A DNA stretch of 64,000 bases from an uncultured delta proteobacterium. Lineage in GTDB: Bacteria > Desulfobacterota > Binatia > Bin18. The stretch is from assembly GCA_963733195.1 (NCBI GenBank), contig CAVTCR010000050.1, positions 208,329 through 272,328 of the forward strand. The letters run 5' to 3'. Under the pieces are notes generated by a model. The model worked only from the letters and a program-made list of their open reading frames with translations, did no database searches and was not told where the DNA came from. This document shows positions 53,479-64,000 of the stretch, one piece after another. The position numbers and the translations under genes are program-made. The stretch's first letter is position 1. Every line of letters begins with the position of its first letter.

Positions 53479-54307
53479 ATGAATGACCTCCGAGCGCAAT
53501 TCCGTCGCGACGGCGTCGTCTTCATCGAAAACGCGCTTGATCGCACTACACTGAAGCTGGCCGAGGAAGCGTTCCAATGGACCTTCAATAACCCAGGCCC
53601 CGGCGCGGGCGCGGTTCTATTGGGTACCCCAGGCACGTTCTATCAGGATCAGGCGAACCCGGATTCTTTCCACGCCTACCGTACACTCCTGCAGGACACT
53701 TGCATCCCGGACATCGCAGCCGGGCTCTTCACGGGTGAAAACGTGTGGCTGTTATATGAGCAGATTTGGTTCAAGGACGGCAATACGCGCCGTACTCCTT
53801 GGCACCAAGATCTTCCGTATCTTCCGGTCGAGGGCGAGGACCTCTGCGTTATATGGACGAACCTGGAGCCGGTCTCCAAGGAGACCTCGCTGGAATTCGT
53901 GCAAGGCTCGCATCGCGGCCCGCTGTTTAATCCCTCGGCTTTCAATCCGGAGGACGTGAGCGCCGCCTTGTTCGAGAAAGGTGTCCTGCCGCCCTTGCCG
54001 GATATCGAGGCAACCCGCGATCAATGGCCTATCGTCTCGTGGGCGACGAAGCCCGGTGATGTCATCGTCTTTCATCCGGCGATGCTGCACGGTGGTGCGC
54101 CGACCCGTGCTGGTCAGCCCCGCAGGACATTGTCTCTGCGATTTTTCGGCGATCATGCTTTTCTGTGCGGCGCGTCCGCATGGCGGCTTAGCCGACGTTG
54201 ACGGGCTCAAGCACGACGACGGGGGCCGGCATCCGCTGAAGAAAATGGCTACCGTTGCGCCAGGGACGCTGTTCCGTCATCCGGATTTTCCCAAACTCAG
54301 ACCGTAG
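53479..54307 (+). CDS. Phytanoyl-CoA dioxygenase family 2OG-Fe(II) oxygenase (frameshift near 54160)
   Basis: TPWHQD, VQGSH, PGDVIVFH...LHG, RRTLSLRF. Confidence 0.88.
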
Positions 54308-54531
54308 CGGAATAGTGCGTTCTTCCTTGTCTTTACTCCTCGACTCGTGAGACATTGTTTCATCACGGAGATTGTCCTGAGCCCTTCGACTAGCTCAGGA
54401 TAAATTGTGTGAAACGAAGACGAAGGGCTCCTCGCAATGACCTCGCAAATTCATCGTAGCAGAGAGTTAACGCGATTCCCGGCAAAGGTTGCAGAGCATC
54501 GGGCCGAAGGGGTATAAGCAGTCGTGCGAAA

Positions 54532-54670
54532 ATGACCCACGCCCTGGAGGTCCCGATGCTCATCCACGAGAAGATAAGCGATCCGGACACGTTGCTCAAG
54601 CTCTATATGGCTATTGATGAGGACCTCAAGGCGCTGCAGCCCCACCTCCGGGCCAATTCCGGACTTATAC
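54532..54670 (+). mobile_element. Possible transposase N-terminal remnant (IS982-like)
   Basis: DTLLKLYMAIDEDL resembles IS982 transposase N-termini; no DDE core present. Confidence 0.3.
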
Positions 54671-54717
54671 AAATGAAAACCGCTGTAGTTGTGCTCCACC
54701 TTTTCCGTCACCGGTTC

Positions 54718-56084
54718 TCAGCTGTCCGTCCAGCCGTACTCTTCGAGTCTCCGATATAAGGTCTTGCGATCAATCTTCAGAATGTCCGCCACTTCTTTTT
54801 TGTTCCCACTGGTCAATTCCATTCCCGCGAGGATGTACTCCCGCTCGATGTCTGCCAGCGACCGCTGGCTCAGGAAGGCAGCCCGTAAACCTGGGACGCT
54901 TCCTTTGGCGGCGAGGAGATACGGTGGGAAGTCAGCAGCGGAGATTTCCTCGCCCTGGCATAACACGAGTGCCCGCTCAATCGTATTCTTTAACTCCCGC
55001 ACGTTGCCCGGCCACGAATGATTCAGAAGAATGCGCAAGGCTTCAGCCGACAGGCGTTTTGCCCGCGTCGGGTGTACGGAACTCTCCATGAGATGTTGGA
55101 TGAGAAGTGGTAATCTTCGGGTCGTTCGCGTAATGGCGGCAGATGAATTTCCACCACATTGAGGCGGTAGAAAAGATCCTCACGAAACTTGCCGTCGATG
55201 ACTGCTTGGCGAAGATCGCGGTTCGTCGCGGCCATAATACGGACATCGACTTTCTCCCCTTTGGTAGCCCCAAGCGGGCGGACTTCCTTTTCTTCAGTCT
55301 CTCGCAGGAGTTTCGCTTGCACGGAAAGCGGCAACTCGCCGACTTCATCAAGAAATAACGTACCACCATGGGCCTCAACGAAGAGCCCTTTTTTGTCCGT
55401 ACGGGCATCGGTAAAGGCCCCACGGACATAGCCAAACAGTTCACTTTCCAAGAGTTGTTCTGGGAGAGCTGCACAATTGACCGCCACAAAAGGACCATCC
55501 TTGCGTGCACTCTGGTAATGGAGACTGCGCGCAAGGAGATCTTTCCCGGTTCCACTCTCACCAGTCAATAAGACATCAATCTGGCTGTCCTTGAGACGGT
55601 CGATCAGGGCAAACACCTGTTGCATGGCTGCGCTTTTGCCAACGATGCGATCAAAGTGGTAGTGACTTTGGACTTCACGACGCAGGCGCTGCACTTCGGT
55701 GCGGAGATATTTTTCTTCCAACGCTCGTTCGATCAGCAGTAATAAGTCCCCGCTTTTGAACGGTTTGGTGATATAGTAAAAAGCTCCCAGCCGCATTGCC
55801 TCGACGGCGGTTTCGATCGTTCCAAACGCGGTAATCACGACTACCGCCAGATGGGGATCGCGCTGCTTCGCCGCACGCAGCAGGTCTAGACCCTGCATTC
55901 CTTTCATGACGAGATCGGTAATCAGCAGGGCCGGATGACTGTTCTCTACTGCAGTCAGCGCATCTACTCCGGTCTGGCACGCTTCGACGGTGTACCCTTC
56001 CTCACTGAGCATGTCAGCAAGGGAAGTCCGCATGTCTCGATCATCATCAACAACGAGAATCCGCGAGCGGGTTTTGTTTGTCAT
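54718..56084 (-). CDS. NtrC-family sigma54 response regulator (frameshift near 55110)
   Basis: [48 protein letters not shown]. Confidence 0.92.
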
Positions 56085-57592
56085 TGCTAGTTTTGTGTTC
56101 CTTTTCCTGTACATCGAATCCAGTGTCGTCAATCGCAGGAGGTAATGACATGATGAAGCAACTCCCTCTTCCAGGAGTGCTTTCGACCCGCAGGTCGCCC
56201 CGGTGACTCACCACGATCTCTCGGCTGATGGCGAGCCCTAACCCAGTTCCGCCGACTGCGCCTTTGGTCGTGAAGAAAGGATCAAAAATATGTGACTCGT
56301 CTTCGGGAGCGATGCCTGGCCCAGTGTCGGTCACCCTCGCCTCAACCCTCCCCTGCTGCCCTGTGGGAGCGGGCACAAAATGTGTGCCGAGCGTGATCTG
56401 ACCGGAGCCTTCAACCGCCTCAATGGCATTGACGGTGAGATTCAGCAGTACTTGCTGTAATTGATCGGCGTCTCCAAGAACCGGGGGCAGATGCTCGGCG
56501 AGATCCAAGCGTACGGTAATAGTGGATGGATTTTCCTGGTTGCCAATGGTCTCCCATACCCGATGGACAATGTCGTTGAGGGACACAGCGTGGAAATGGA
56601 ACTCCGGTCGGCGAGTGAGGGTGAGCAACTGACGGACAAAACTACTGATCCGTCCGATTTGGGCAACAATGACGTTGAGGAGCTGCCGATCGTTTTCGCT
56701 CTGGGCCTCGCGTTTGAGTAATTGTTCCGCCCGCATCTGAATGACATTCAGGGGAGTGCCAATTTCGTGCGCCAGGCGAGAGGCGAGCTGACCCAACGCC
56801 GCCAGTTTTTCGGAGTGACGAAGTTCGCGTTCTAAGCGCAGCTTTTCTTCCGCTTCTGTCAAAAGCAGGCGTTGGGCATCGTCCAGGCGTACACACATCC
56901 GGTCAAACTCGTCGGCCAGCTCACCAATCTCGTCTTGGCGCTGGAGCTGTAAGCGTTGGGAAAAGTGGCCTTGTCCGATAGCCTTCACACGATGGGCCAC
57001 AAAGCGGAGCGGACGCGAAACGTACTGCCGGATGGTGAGCGAGACAATTAACGAGAGCACCACCAGGAGCATGAGGGTGTTCAACAACATCGGCACCATA
57101 CGTCCGCGAAACTCCCGCGTAAAGAGCGGCAGGTCTTCGACAACCAGAAACGCGCCAATCCCTTGTCCCGTCGAGTTGGAAATCGGCTCCAGACGGTAGT
57201 ACCGCTGGGTCATTCTCTTCCTTGAAAATGCCTTCCACTGGTATCCGGGTGGTGATGACACGAGGCACATCAACCTGCGGGAGCGTGTGGCCTTGGAGAG
57301 GCACTGAAATCGCAGCAATACGGCCTTCGCGGTCATAGAAGACGAGTCCCAGAATGTTTTCAAATCGGCTGATCCCGGCGGCGAGTTTGTCGAAATAGCG
57401 CCACGGCGTGTCATCCCCCGAAATATCAAGCGTGACTTGTAACGTACGACTGATCGCCGCTACCTCGCGTTGCAGGTCGGCGATCAAATTTGCTCGGGTG
57501 CGTGTGAGGCTCCAGTAGAGATCAAGCCCAGTGACCACAAGCACGCCCAACAACAGAAACCACGTCAGTCTATTCCCCAAGCTCATGCGCAT
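56047..57592 (-). CDS. Membrane sensor histidine kinase with HAMP domain (frameshifted near 57200)
   Basis: TM-periplasmic-TM, DEIGELA, LAHEIGTPL, QVLLNL, DTGPGI, GTGLGL. Confidence 0.9.
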
Positions 57593-57693
57593 ACGGTCAA
57601 AACTCCACACCCTTTTTGCGGTAAAGTCCCAAATCTCCCGTTCGCATACTTCCAGCGAGCTTGCAAGTATACGGTTTTCTTATCGGGGCACTG

Positions 57694-57708
57694 TGGTCTG
57701 ATCCTTGC
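57694..57708 (+). promoter_or_regulatory. Putative sigma54 promoter of the small-protein/MMPL operon
   Basis: TGGTCTGATCCTTGC (GG-N10-GC with TTGC) 40 nt before GTG 57749; divergent from a sigma54 response regulator. Confidence 0.55.
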
Positions 57709-57748
57709 GGTTGTCTCTCTGCCTAGTACTGATCAAGAGGGATGCCAG

Positions 57749-57980
57749 GTGACCGTTACCCATGTACTCGGAATTTTCGCGCTGGCCGCTGGGGGAAGTT
57801 TGCTGTTGAGCGAGCCCGTGCTCGGACCGGACCTTTTTGCGGAGGTGACGGGGATACATGTGACCTCTCTCTACCCGCTGTGTGCCGTGAACATCACTGG
57901 CTGGGGCAGTCGCGATGAAAGTCGGGCTCCAAGAAGAACGTGAATTTGATCATCCACAAGGAGGGAGTCATGAAGAATAA
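57749..57980 (+). CDS. Small membrane protein A (probable frameshift near 57890)
   Basis: RBS GAGGGA; HVLGIFALAAGGSLLLS; alternative frame SLAGAVAMKVGLQEEREF ends overlapping the next ATG. Confidence 0.45.
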
Positions 57981-58194
57981 GGCAGGCTTGATCTTTCCCG
58001 TGCTTATGCTGATCTTCGGGGCCTACGCCTTGATCACAGTGCTCGGCACTAGTGGAGAGCAGGTCACGCTTATCAGCAATCACGAGATTCCCCGTGGGCT
58101 GGCGATGATGTTTGGCCTTATCTGCCTTGGGGGTGGAGTGGTTGTCACAATGTCTGCGCTCTCGAAGAAAAATCCTCATGAAGTGACGGAGTGA
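57970..58194 (+). CDS. Small two-TM membrane protein B (74 aa)
   Basis: RBS GGGAG; two hydrophobic helices; paralog of 58936-59172. Confidence 0.75.
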   Translation: MKNKAGLIFPVLMLIFGAYALITVLGTSGEQVTLISNHEIPRGLAMMFGLICLGGGVVVTMSALSKKNPHEVTE

Positions 58195-58350
58195 ATACGA
58201 GGCTACCCGACGAGATCTCACAACAATCCTTCAGTTGCTCAGAACATCTCATCCGTTCACGCCACAGAACGCCGCGTTCAATAACGAGGAGTGCTTGGAT
58301 AGCCAACTGACGAAGGCATGTTTTGCGGCGAACGAGCGAATGGAAGAGCC

Positions 58351-58575
58351 ATGAAGCTGATGTATGTCGTTGCGCTGAGTGTGTTCCTACTCGGGCTCGC
58401 GTTACTCACCTACAGCACTGCGAGCGAGGAAGAGGTGAACATCTTCGGCCTTATCGTGCACTCACGGATCCTGAGGGGGCTAGGAGTTATTGCGATGATC
58501 TTTAGCGCGATCACGTTCTTAGCTGCGTTTGGCGGCATGGGTGCTCCACCACCACGAGAAAAGCCGAAAGGGTAG
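58351..58575 (+). CDS. Small two-TM membrane protein C (74 aa)
   Basis: TM, acidic loop (SEEEVNIFG), TM, basic tail. Confidence 0.65.
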   Translation: MKLMYVVALSVFLLGLALLTYSTASEEEVNIFGLIVHSRILRGLGVIAMIFSAITFLAAFGGMGAPPPREKPKG

Positions 58576-58614
58576 CAGTCCCTCGCAAAGTCGAGACGGA
58601 AGGAGATAAGAGAG

Positions 58615-58830
58615 ATGCGATTCGTCAAGTTGTTACTCGCGGTTGCTATTTTTGTCACCGCGCTTTCCGTGTTTCTGATGAGCCCGGAACGACAAACAGA
58701 AGTGCTGGAAACGCTCGGAATTGGCCTCAAACAACGCGCGCTTTTTGCACTCAGCATCCTCGGAATGGTCTTTAGCACAGTCCTGGGAGTCAGAACTGTA
58801 TTTGAAGAGTTCTCGGTGAGAAACGGCTAA
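58615..58830 (+). CDS. Small two-TM membrane protein A-prime (71 aa)
   Basis: RBS AAGGAG; two hydrophobic helices. Confidence 0.7.
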   Translation: MRFVKLLLAVAIFVTALSVFLMSPERQTEVLETLGIGLKQRALFALSILGMVFSTVLGVRTVFEEFSVRNG

Positions 58831-58935
58831 GCGACGTTTCCGTACTTCCTTCCGAAGAGGGGAGGAATGTGTTGTCTGCACACGTCTTCTCCCGGCGGGA
58901 AGAGCGAGAATTCCAACACCTGTACGGAAGGAGTC

Positions 58936-59172
58936 ATGAAAGATACATCGGGTTTGATCGTATCGGCGTTGCTGATGCTGTGTGGGGCCTACGTGCTGCT
59001 GACTACGCTCAGGAGTGGTGAAAAAGAGATTGTGCTCATCGGAGACATGCCGATTGCTTGGGGATTCGCCATGGTGATTGGGCTCATCGGGCTTGTTGGA
59101 GGAGTGATTGTTTTGACCACCGTACTATCGAAAAGAAAGAGCACAGCAGAAATCCCACCAGTAAACGGATGA
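58936..59172 (+). CDS. Small two-TM membrane protein B-prime (78 aa)
   Basis: RBS AAGGAG; shares MK..GLI, GAY, AM..GLI.L.GG and LSK with protein B. Confidence 0.75.
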   Translation: MKDTSGLIVSALLMLCGAYVLLTTLRSGEKEIVLIGDMPIAWGFAMVIGLIGLVGGVIVLTTVLSKRKSTAEIPPVNG

Positions 59173-59235
59173 AGGTACCGCCCCGGCATAAGAAGATGTG
59201 TATGGTCCGAACGCAACAATCAAGAGGAGAGCAGA

Positions 59236-61680
59236 ATGGCAGACAACAAGCAGCTTTCAGCAGTCGAAGAGGCAGCGCAAAGTAAGGCCGCGCTCTACCG
59301 GATCGGCGCACAACTCATTCAGTGGCGTATTCCGGTCCTTATTATTACCGGAATCTTTACTGCGTTCATGGCCTATAAGATGCTCGGCATGGAGATGAGT
59401 ACGGCCTTCAATGACCTCCTGCCCTATCGCCATCCGTTCGTGCAAGTGCATTTCAAGTTTGCTGACCAATTCGGTGGCGCCAATAACGTCAACGTCATGC
59501 TGACTGTCGATAAGGGTGACGTCTTCACTAAAGAAATACTCAAAAAGATCTACGACATGACGCAGGCGATGGATCGGGTCGCGGGTGTGAACCATGACCA
59601 GATCGCCTCGATCGGTCACCGCACGACACGGTATCTCACCGTGTTAGGTGGGACGATTGCCACTCCACCGGTCATGCGGCGTCCGCCAAAAACTGCTGAA
59701 GAAGTCGAAGAAATCAAAAAGATTTGTTACAATACCGACTCGATTTACGGCCAACTCGTCTCTCTCAACGGCCAGGCGTTATTGATCAAAGCCAATTTCA
59801 TCGAAGGCCGAATTGATTACCGTCGCATCTTTGACCAAATCCAACGTGAAGTAGTCGAGCCGTTTGAAACAGATACCCAGAAAATTTGGGTCGCCGGTGA
59901 ACCGCAACTGTACGGTTGGATTTACCACTACGCCAACGAAGTGTTCTACATCTTCATTGCAGCAACGGTCTTCTGTTGGATTCTGCTCTATCTGTATTTC
60001 CATGATTGGCGTGGGGCGTTACGGCCGACTATTACTGGCGTCATCTCCGCGATCTGGGGTCTCGGGATGATGGCGCTCATGGGCTATTCGATGGACCCCC
60101 TCTCGCTGGTGATCCCCTTCTTCGTGACCGCACGCGCGGTCAGCCATTCCGTGCAGATGCACGACCGCTATTACGAAGAATATCGCAAGTGGAACTGGCA
60201 GAAAGAAAAAGCCATCATTGCCGCGTTTGCTGAGCTCTTCGTGCCAACAATGAGTGGCATCATCACCGACGCCTTAGGCATGCTGGCGATCGTCGTAGTT
60301 CCGGTTGTTATTCTGCAACGCATCGCGATCTCCGCATCGATCTGGGTGGCTTCGGTGGCGATCAGTGAGCTCCTCCTCAACCCGATTGTCTACTATTACC
60401 TCAAAGCTCCTGACAAGGAAAAAGTCCTCACCCGTGAAAGGGGCTGGTTCCAGGAGCTGATGACTACCTGTGCAACCTGGATCGTAGCCCCGAGGAATGC
60501 GAAAGCAATCGTTGCTTTTTGGGTCATTGCCTTTTTGCTGTCGCTGACTCAAGTACGACATCTCACGTTTGGTGACCCGACTGCTTCGACCCCACTCTTG
60601 CATGAAGATTCGCCGTACAACCTATCGCACCTTGAAATTCAGAAATACTTCGGTGGCATTGAACCGCTGATCGTCGTGGTCGAGGGTCGAGACAAAGACG
60701 TGCTGAAGGATCCGAACATCCTACGCACGATGGAGAAGTTTCAACGGGAATTAGAACGTGACCCATCCGTCGGGTACAGTTTCTCATTGGCTGATATCGT
60801 GCAGTCGATCAACATGACCTTCTATGACCTGCAGCCACGTTGGTCAGTGATTCCGCATGAGATCCCCAAAATCAGCTCGCTGTTCTTTTATTACTTCGCG
60901 GGCGCTCCTCCGGGAGAGACTTCGCGATTCCTCGATCCGAGCTACACGACTTCCCATGTCACCTTCTATGCCCGTGATCACCAGGGTGACAACGTGGCCC
61001 GGATGATTGACTCGGCACGGAATTTTGTCAAAGACAATCCGATGGAAAAAGCCGATTTCCGTCTTGCCGGTGGCCTGATCGGCGTTACCGGCGCGGCCAA
61101 TGAAGAGATCGTCAAGAACGACATTCTCATGAACCTCTTGGGGTTCGGCACGATCTTCTTGATCGTGATGTTTACCTACCGCTCTGCGGTGGCTTCTCTG
61201 ATCATGATGATCGGGTTGTTCCTCGCCAACGGCGTGGTCAACGCCTATATGGGATTTATGAATATCGGCATCAACCTGCAGTCGCTGCCGATCGTCACCG
61301 TAGGGGTCGGCTTTGGTATCGACTACGCGCTGTATATCGTCAGCCGTTCGGTTGAGGAGTTTCCTCAGGTCATGGAGAAATTACGGGGGTTGAAAAAGGA
61401 TGTTTCCGAGGATGTCCTGAAAACCGAGGCGGTGACCGAAGCGGTCCGTCGGGGCATAGCAACTTCGGGAAAGGCCGTGACCTTCACCGCTATTACCCTC
61501 GTCGTCGCCACCTTGCTGTGGTCCTTCTCGAATATTCGCTTCTGCTCAGAGATGGGGTTGTTGCTGGCGTTATGGATGGGAATCAGTTTCTTCGGTTCCT
61601 GTACCTTCGTCCCAGCTTTACTGGTGCTGCTGAAACCGAAGTTCTTCCTCCGTGCGGCTGAGGAAGGAATTATCGGCTAG
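59236..61680 (+). CDS. MMPL/HAE3 family RND transporter
   Basis: Two repeats of TM + large periplasmic loop + 5 TM; FGGAN, ARAVSHSVQ, GVGFGIDY, SGKAV. Confidence 0.9.
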   Translation: MADNKQLSAVEEAAQSKAALYRIGAQLIQWRIPVLIITGIFTAFMAYKMLGMEMSTAFNDLLPYRHPFVQVHFKFADQFGGANNVNVMLTVDKGDVFTKEILKKIYDMTQAMDRVAGVNHDQIASIGHRTTRYLTVLGGTIATPPVMRRPPKTAEEVEEIKKICYNTDSIYGQLVSLNGQALLIKANFIEGRIDYRRIFDQIQREVVEPFETDTQKIWVAGEPQLYGWIYHYANEVFYIFIAATVFCWILLYLYFHDWRGALRPTITGVISAIWGLGMMALMGYSMDPLSLVIPFFVTARAVSHSVQMHDRYYEEYRKWNWQKEKAIIAAFAELFVPTMSGIITDALGMLAIVVVPVVILQRIAISASIWVASVAISELLLNPIVYYYLKAPDKEKVLTRERGWFQELMTTCATWIVAPRNAKAIVAFWVIAFLLSLTQVRHLTFGDPTASTPLLHEDSPYNLSHLEIQKYFGGIEPLIVVVEGRDKDVLKDPNILRTMEKFQRELERDPSVGYSFSLADIVQSINMTFYDLQPRWSVIPHEIPKISSLFFYYFAGAPPGETSRFLDPSYTTSHVTFYARDHQGDNVARMIDSARNFVKDNPMEKADFRLAGGLIGVTGAANEEIVKNDILMNLLGFGTIFLIVMFTYRSAVASLIMMIGLFLANGVVNAYMGFMNIGINLQSLPIVTVGVGFGIDYALYIVSRSVEEFPQVMEKLRGLKKDVSEDVLKTEAVTEAVRRGIATSGKAVTFTAITLVVATLLWSFSNIRFCSEMGLLLALWMGISFFGSCTFVPALLVLLKPKFFLRAAEEGIIG

Positions 61681-62020
61681 GGTAATGGACGGGGAGACAT
61701 GTGAGTCGTGTCTCCCCGCAAGCGCGGCGCACTCGGAGAGAAGACTTCCTGCAAATCTCTTGCAGTCCTCGCCTGTGTGTCGAGTCCTTATGCTCGCGCG
61801 ACCGCACTTCGCGGACACCAATGCTCTTGTTTCCTCCCCAAGTCATCGCCGTGAGCTCGGATCATGCGCACGCGGGGTTTCTGGAATGGACGCGTAGCAG
61901 TCTGTGACATGCCGTCGCCTATCAGGCCTGGCCCCGTACATAATCTCTATGCCCCTTCCCCTTCTTTGCATTTCGCCGTTCTTCCCTATAGTTCCTGACA
62001 CTGAATAACTTGGAGGGCTG

Positions 62021-63377
62021 ATGATGACGGTGCGGTGGAGAACTTTACTCGGAATGACTCTGGCTGTTGTGGTCGTGGGCTTTTCCTCAGTGCTCGCAGC
62101 GACCGAACATGCGGGAGGTGGCCACACGAGCCCAGTGATCGCGGTTCTCCTGGCGTTGGCAATGATTATCCTCGCCGCAAAGATCGGCGGCGATATCATG
62201 GTCCGCTTGCGACAACCTGAAGTGTTAGGGGAGCTGATCGTCGGGATCATCTTGGGAAATCTTTCGCTGCTGGGAATCCATACGTTTCACTTTCTCCGCC
62301 AAGATCTCGTGTTGGAGATGCTCAGTGAGTTAGGCGTGATTCTGCTGCTCTTCGAGGTGGGGCTCCATACCACGATCCCCGACATGCTGCGGGTCGGCGG
62401 ATCGGCCTTTCTCGTTGCGGTCCTGGGAGTCGTTGTTCCATTTTTCCTGGGGTGGGGAGTCGGCGCCTATTTCCTTCCGCAGGCGGAAAGCCTTGTCCAC
62501 GTGTACCTGGGTGCCACACTGACCGCGACGAGTGTGGGGATTACTGCACGGGTCCTGAGTGACCTCAAACGGGTGACGACCGACGAGGCCAAAATTGTTC
62601 TTGGGGCCGCCGTCATTGATGACGTGCTGGGGCTGATGGTCTTGGCCACGGTCGGCGGTATCATCGCTGCCGCTGAGACTGGCCAGGGACTTGCACTGAG
62701 TGAGTATTGCGCAGGTGTTGGGGTTGTCGTTAGGGTTTTTACTGGTAGCGGTGACGCTGGGGCGCATGCTCGTGCCGTACTACTTTCGCCTCGTGGCGAT
62801 GTTGCGCAGTGAAGGAATTTTGCTCGCCACCAGTTTGGTGATGTGCTTTGGTTTTGCTTATCTCGCTGGGATTGCTGGCCTTGCGCCTATCGTTGGGGCA
62901 TTCACCGCCGGTCTCATTCTGGAGCCGGTCCATTATCAGGAACTCTCCGCCCGACACGATGATGTCTCCATTGAAGAGCTGATCTCTCCGCTGGTGAATT
63001 TCCTCGTGCCCATTTTCTTTGTGACGATGGGCGCGCGGGTGAATCTTCTTGATTTCGCCCGTGGGGATATTCTTGCCTTCGCGCTGGTCTTAACGCTCGC
63101 GGCCATTGTTGGGAAGCAAGTGTGTGGACTGGGCGTCCTGAAGAAAGGAGTGGATCGTATTGCCGTTGGGTTTGGGATGATCCCCCGTGGAGAAGTGGGA
63201 CTGATCTTTGCCAGCATCGGGGCCAGCCTGATGTTGCATGGGAAGCCAATCATCGATTCAGCCACGTATGGCGCTGTGGTGATTATGGTCGTGCTGACGA
63301 CGTTGGTGACGCCTCCATTGATCAAGTGGCGATTTGGCAACTTAGCAGGCGCTCGCGCAGAGAATGTCCACTCATGA
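62021..63377 (+). CDS. Cation:proton antiporter, CPA2 family (frameshift near 62700)
   Basis: QPEVLGEL, ELGVILLLFEVGL, ATSVGIT, AAVIDD, GMIPRGEVGL. Confidence 0.9.
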
Positions 63378-63426
63378 AGCACTCACGCGAACGCTTTATT
63401 CTGGCCTACTGCAAGCTCAACCTTAC

Positions 63427-64000
63427 TTACGGCGCGACCTTGGTTACACCAATCATTGCATCGCGGGTGACAAGTGTGGCTAAAGCATCTTCAGTGAGGT
63501 GCTTAGTCTCTTTCGGTTGTTCGGGAAGCACCATATAGCGCATCTCAGCGCTGCTATCCCATACGCGAATTTCTACTGACTCGTCTAGATTGAGCCCAAA
63601 CTCACGCAGGACACTACGGGGGTCAATTACTACTCGTGAGCGGTATGGCGCACTTTTTATACCACGTCGGCGAAAGAACCCAGTACCGGCCATGGGTAGC
63701 ATGAACACAACGTGCAAGTGACAACATTATGTATCTTCGGTGTATTCTCGACGACAACCATATGCTCGCCTTGTAGTCCACTGAAGCCGAGTTCTCCGAT
63801 CGCTGCCGTTGCGTTGGTAAGCAAGCGTTTCTTGTAAGCAGGATCAACCCAGGCACGCGCGACAACTTTTGCTCCGTTCATCGGCTCAAGGTCACGTTCA
63901 TACGTCTCAGCCATTTTGTCGAGCGTTGCTGGATTGACCAATCCTTTTGCTACGAGGAGAGCCTCAATCTTTCGTACCCGCTCTTCCAGTGCTTGAGTTT
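63427..64000 (-). CDS. nthA: Nitrile hydratase alpha subunit, cobalt type (5' partial; frameshifted near 63670)
   Basis: [49 protein letters not shown]. Confidence 0.92.

Noticed and set aside
61681-62020. Na+/Li+ riboswitch or small ORF upstream of the antiporter
   Set aside because: No motif I can recognise, and the short ORFs lack features; an Rfam scan would settle it.

Overview
A 64 kb bacterial chromosomal segment. Gene content (DUF1302/DUF1329, HAE3/MMPL transporter, several sigma54 activators, Tad pili) suggests a Deltaproteobacteria-like lineage such as Candidatus Binatia; this is inference only. At least 15 otherwise conserved genes are split by single-base frameshifts, several in homopolymers, which most likely reflects unpolished long-read sequence. 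From left to right: the end of a Tad pilus locus with a sigma54 activator and a PilZ protein; a tandem pair of PPP-type phosphatases, one fused to a degenerate ExeA-like ATPase; lipB; an A1-type cytochrome c oxidase operon; an ABC-2 transporter; tRNA-Arg(CCG); a desaturase and hydrolases; DUF1302/DUF1329; a MarR-molybdoenzyme pair; ArsR-HtrA; a GC-richer sigma54/XylR-linked YcaC-pirin-amidohydrolase-porin operon; a ferritin-like gene; a dnaK-grpE-cbpA-cbpM-clpB operon with a repeated enhancer-like motif; decayed gene remnants; a two-component system divergent from five small two-TM proteins plus an MMPL transporter; a cation/H+ antiporter; and a Co-type nitrile hydratase alpha subunit running off the end. 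The best candidates for new biology are (1) the sigma54-driven small-membrane-protein/MMPL operon, (2) the phosphatase-pseudoATPase fusion and its patchwork-homogenised tandem twin, and (3) the repeated enhancer/sigma54 promoter module around the chaperone operon.
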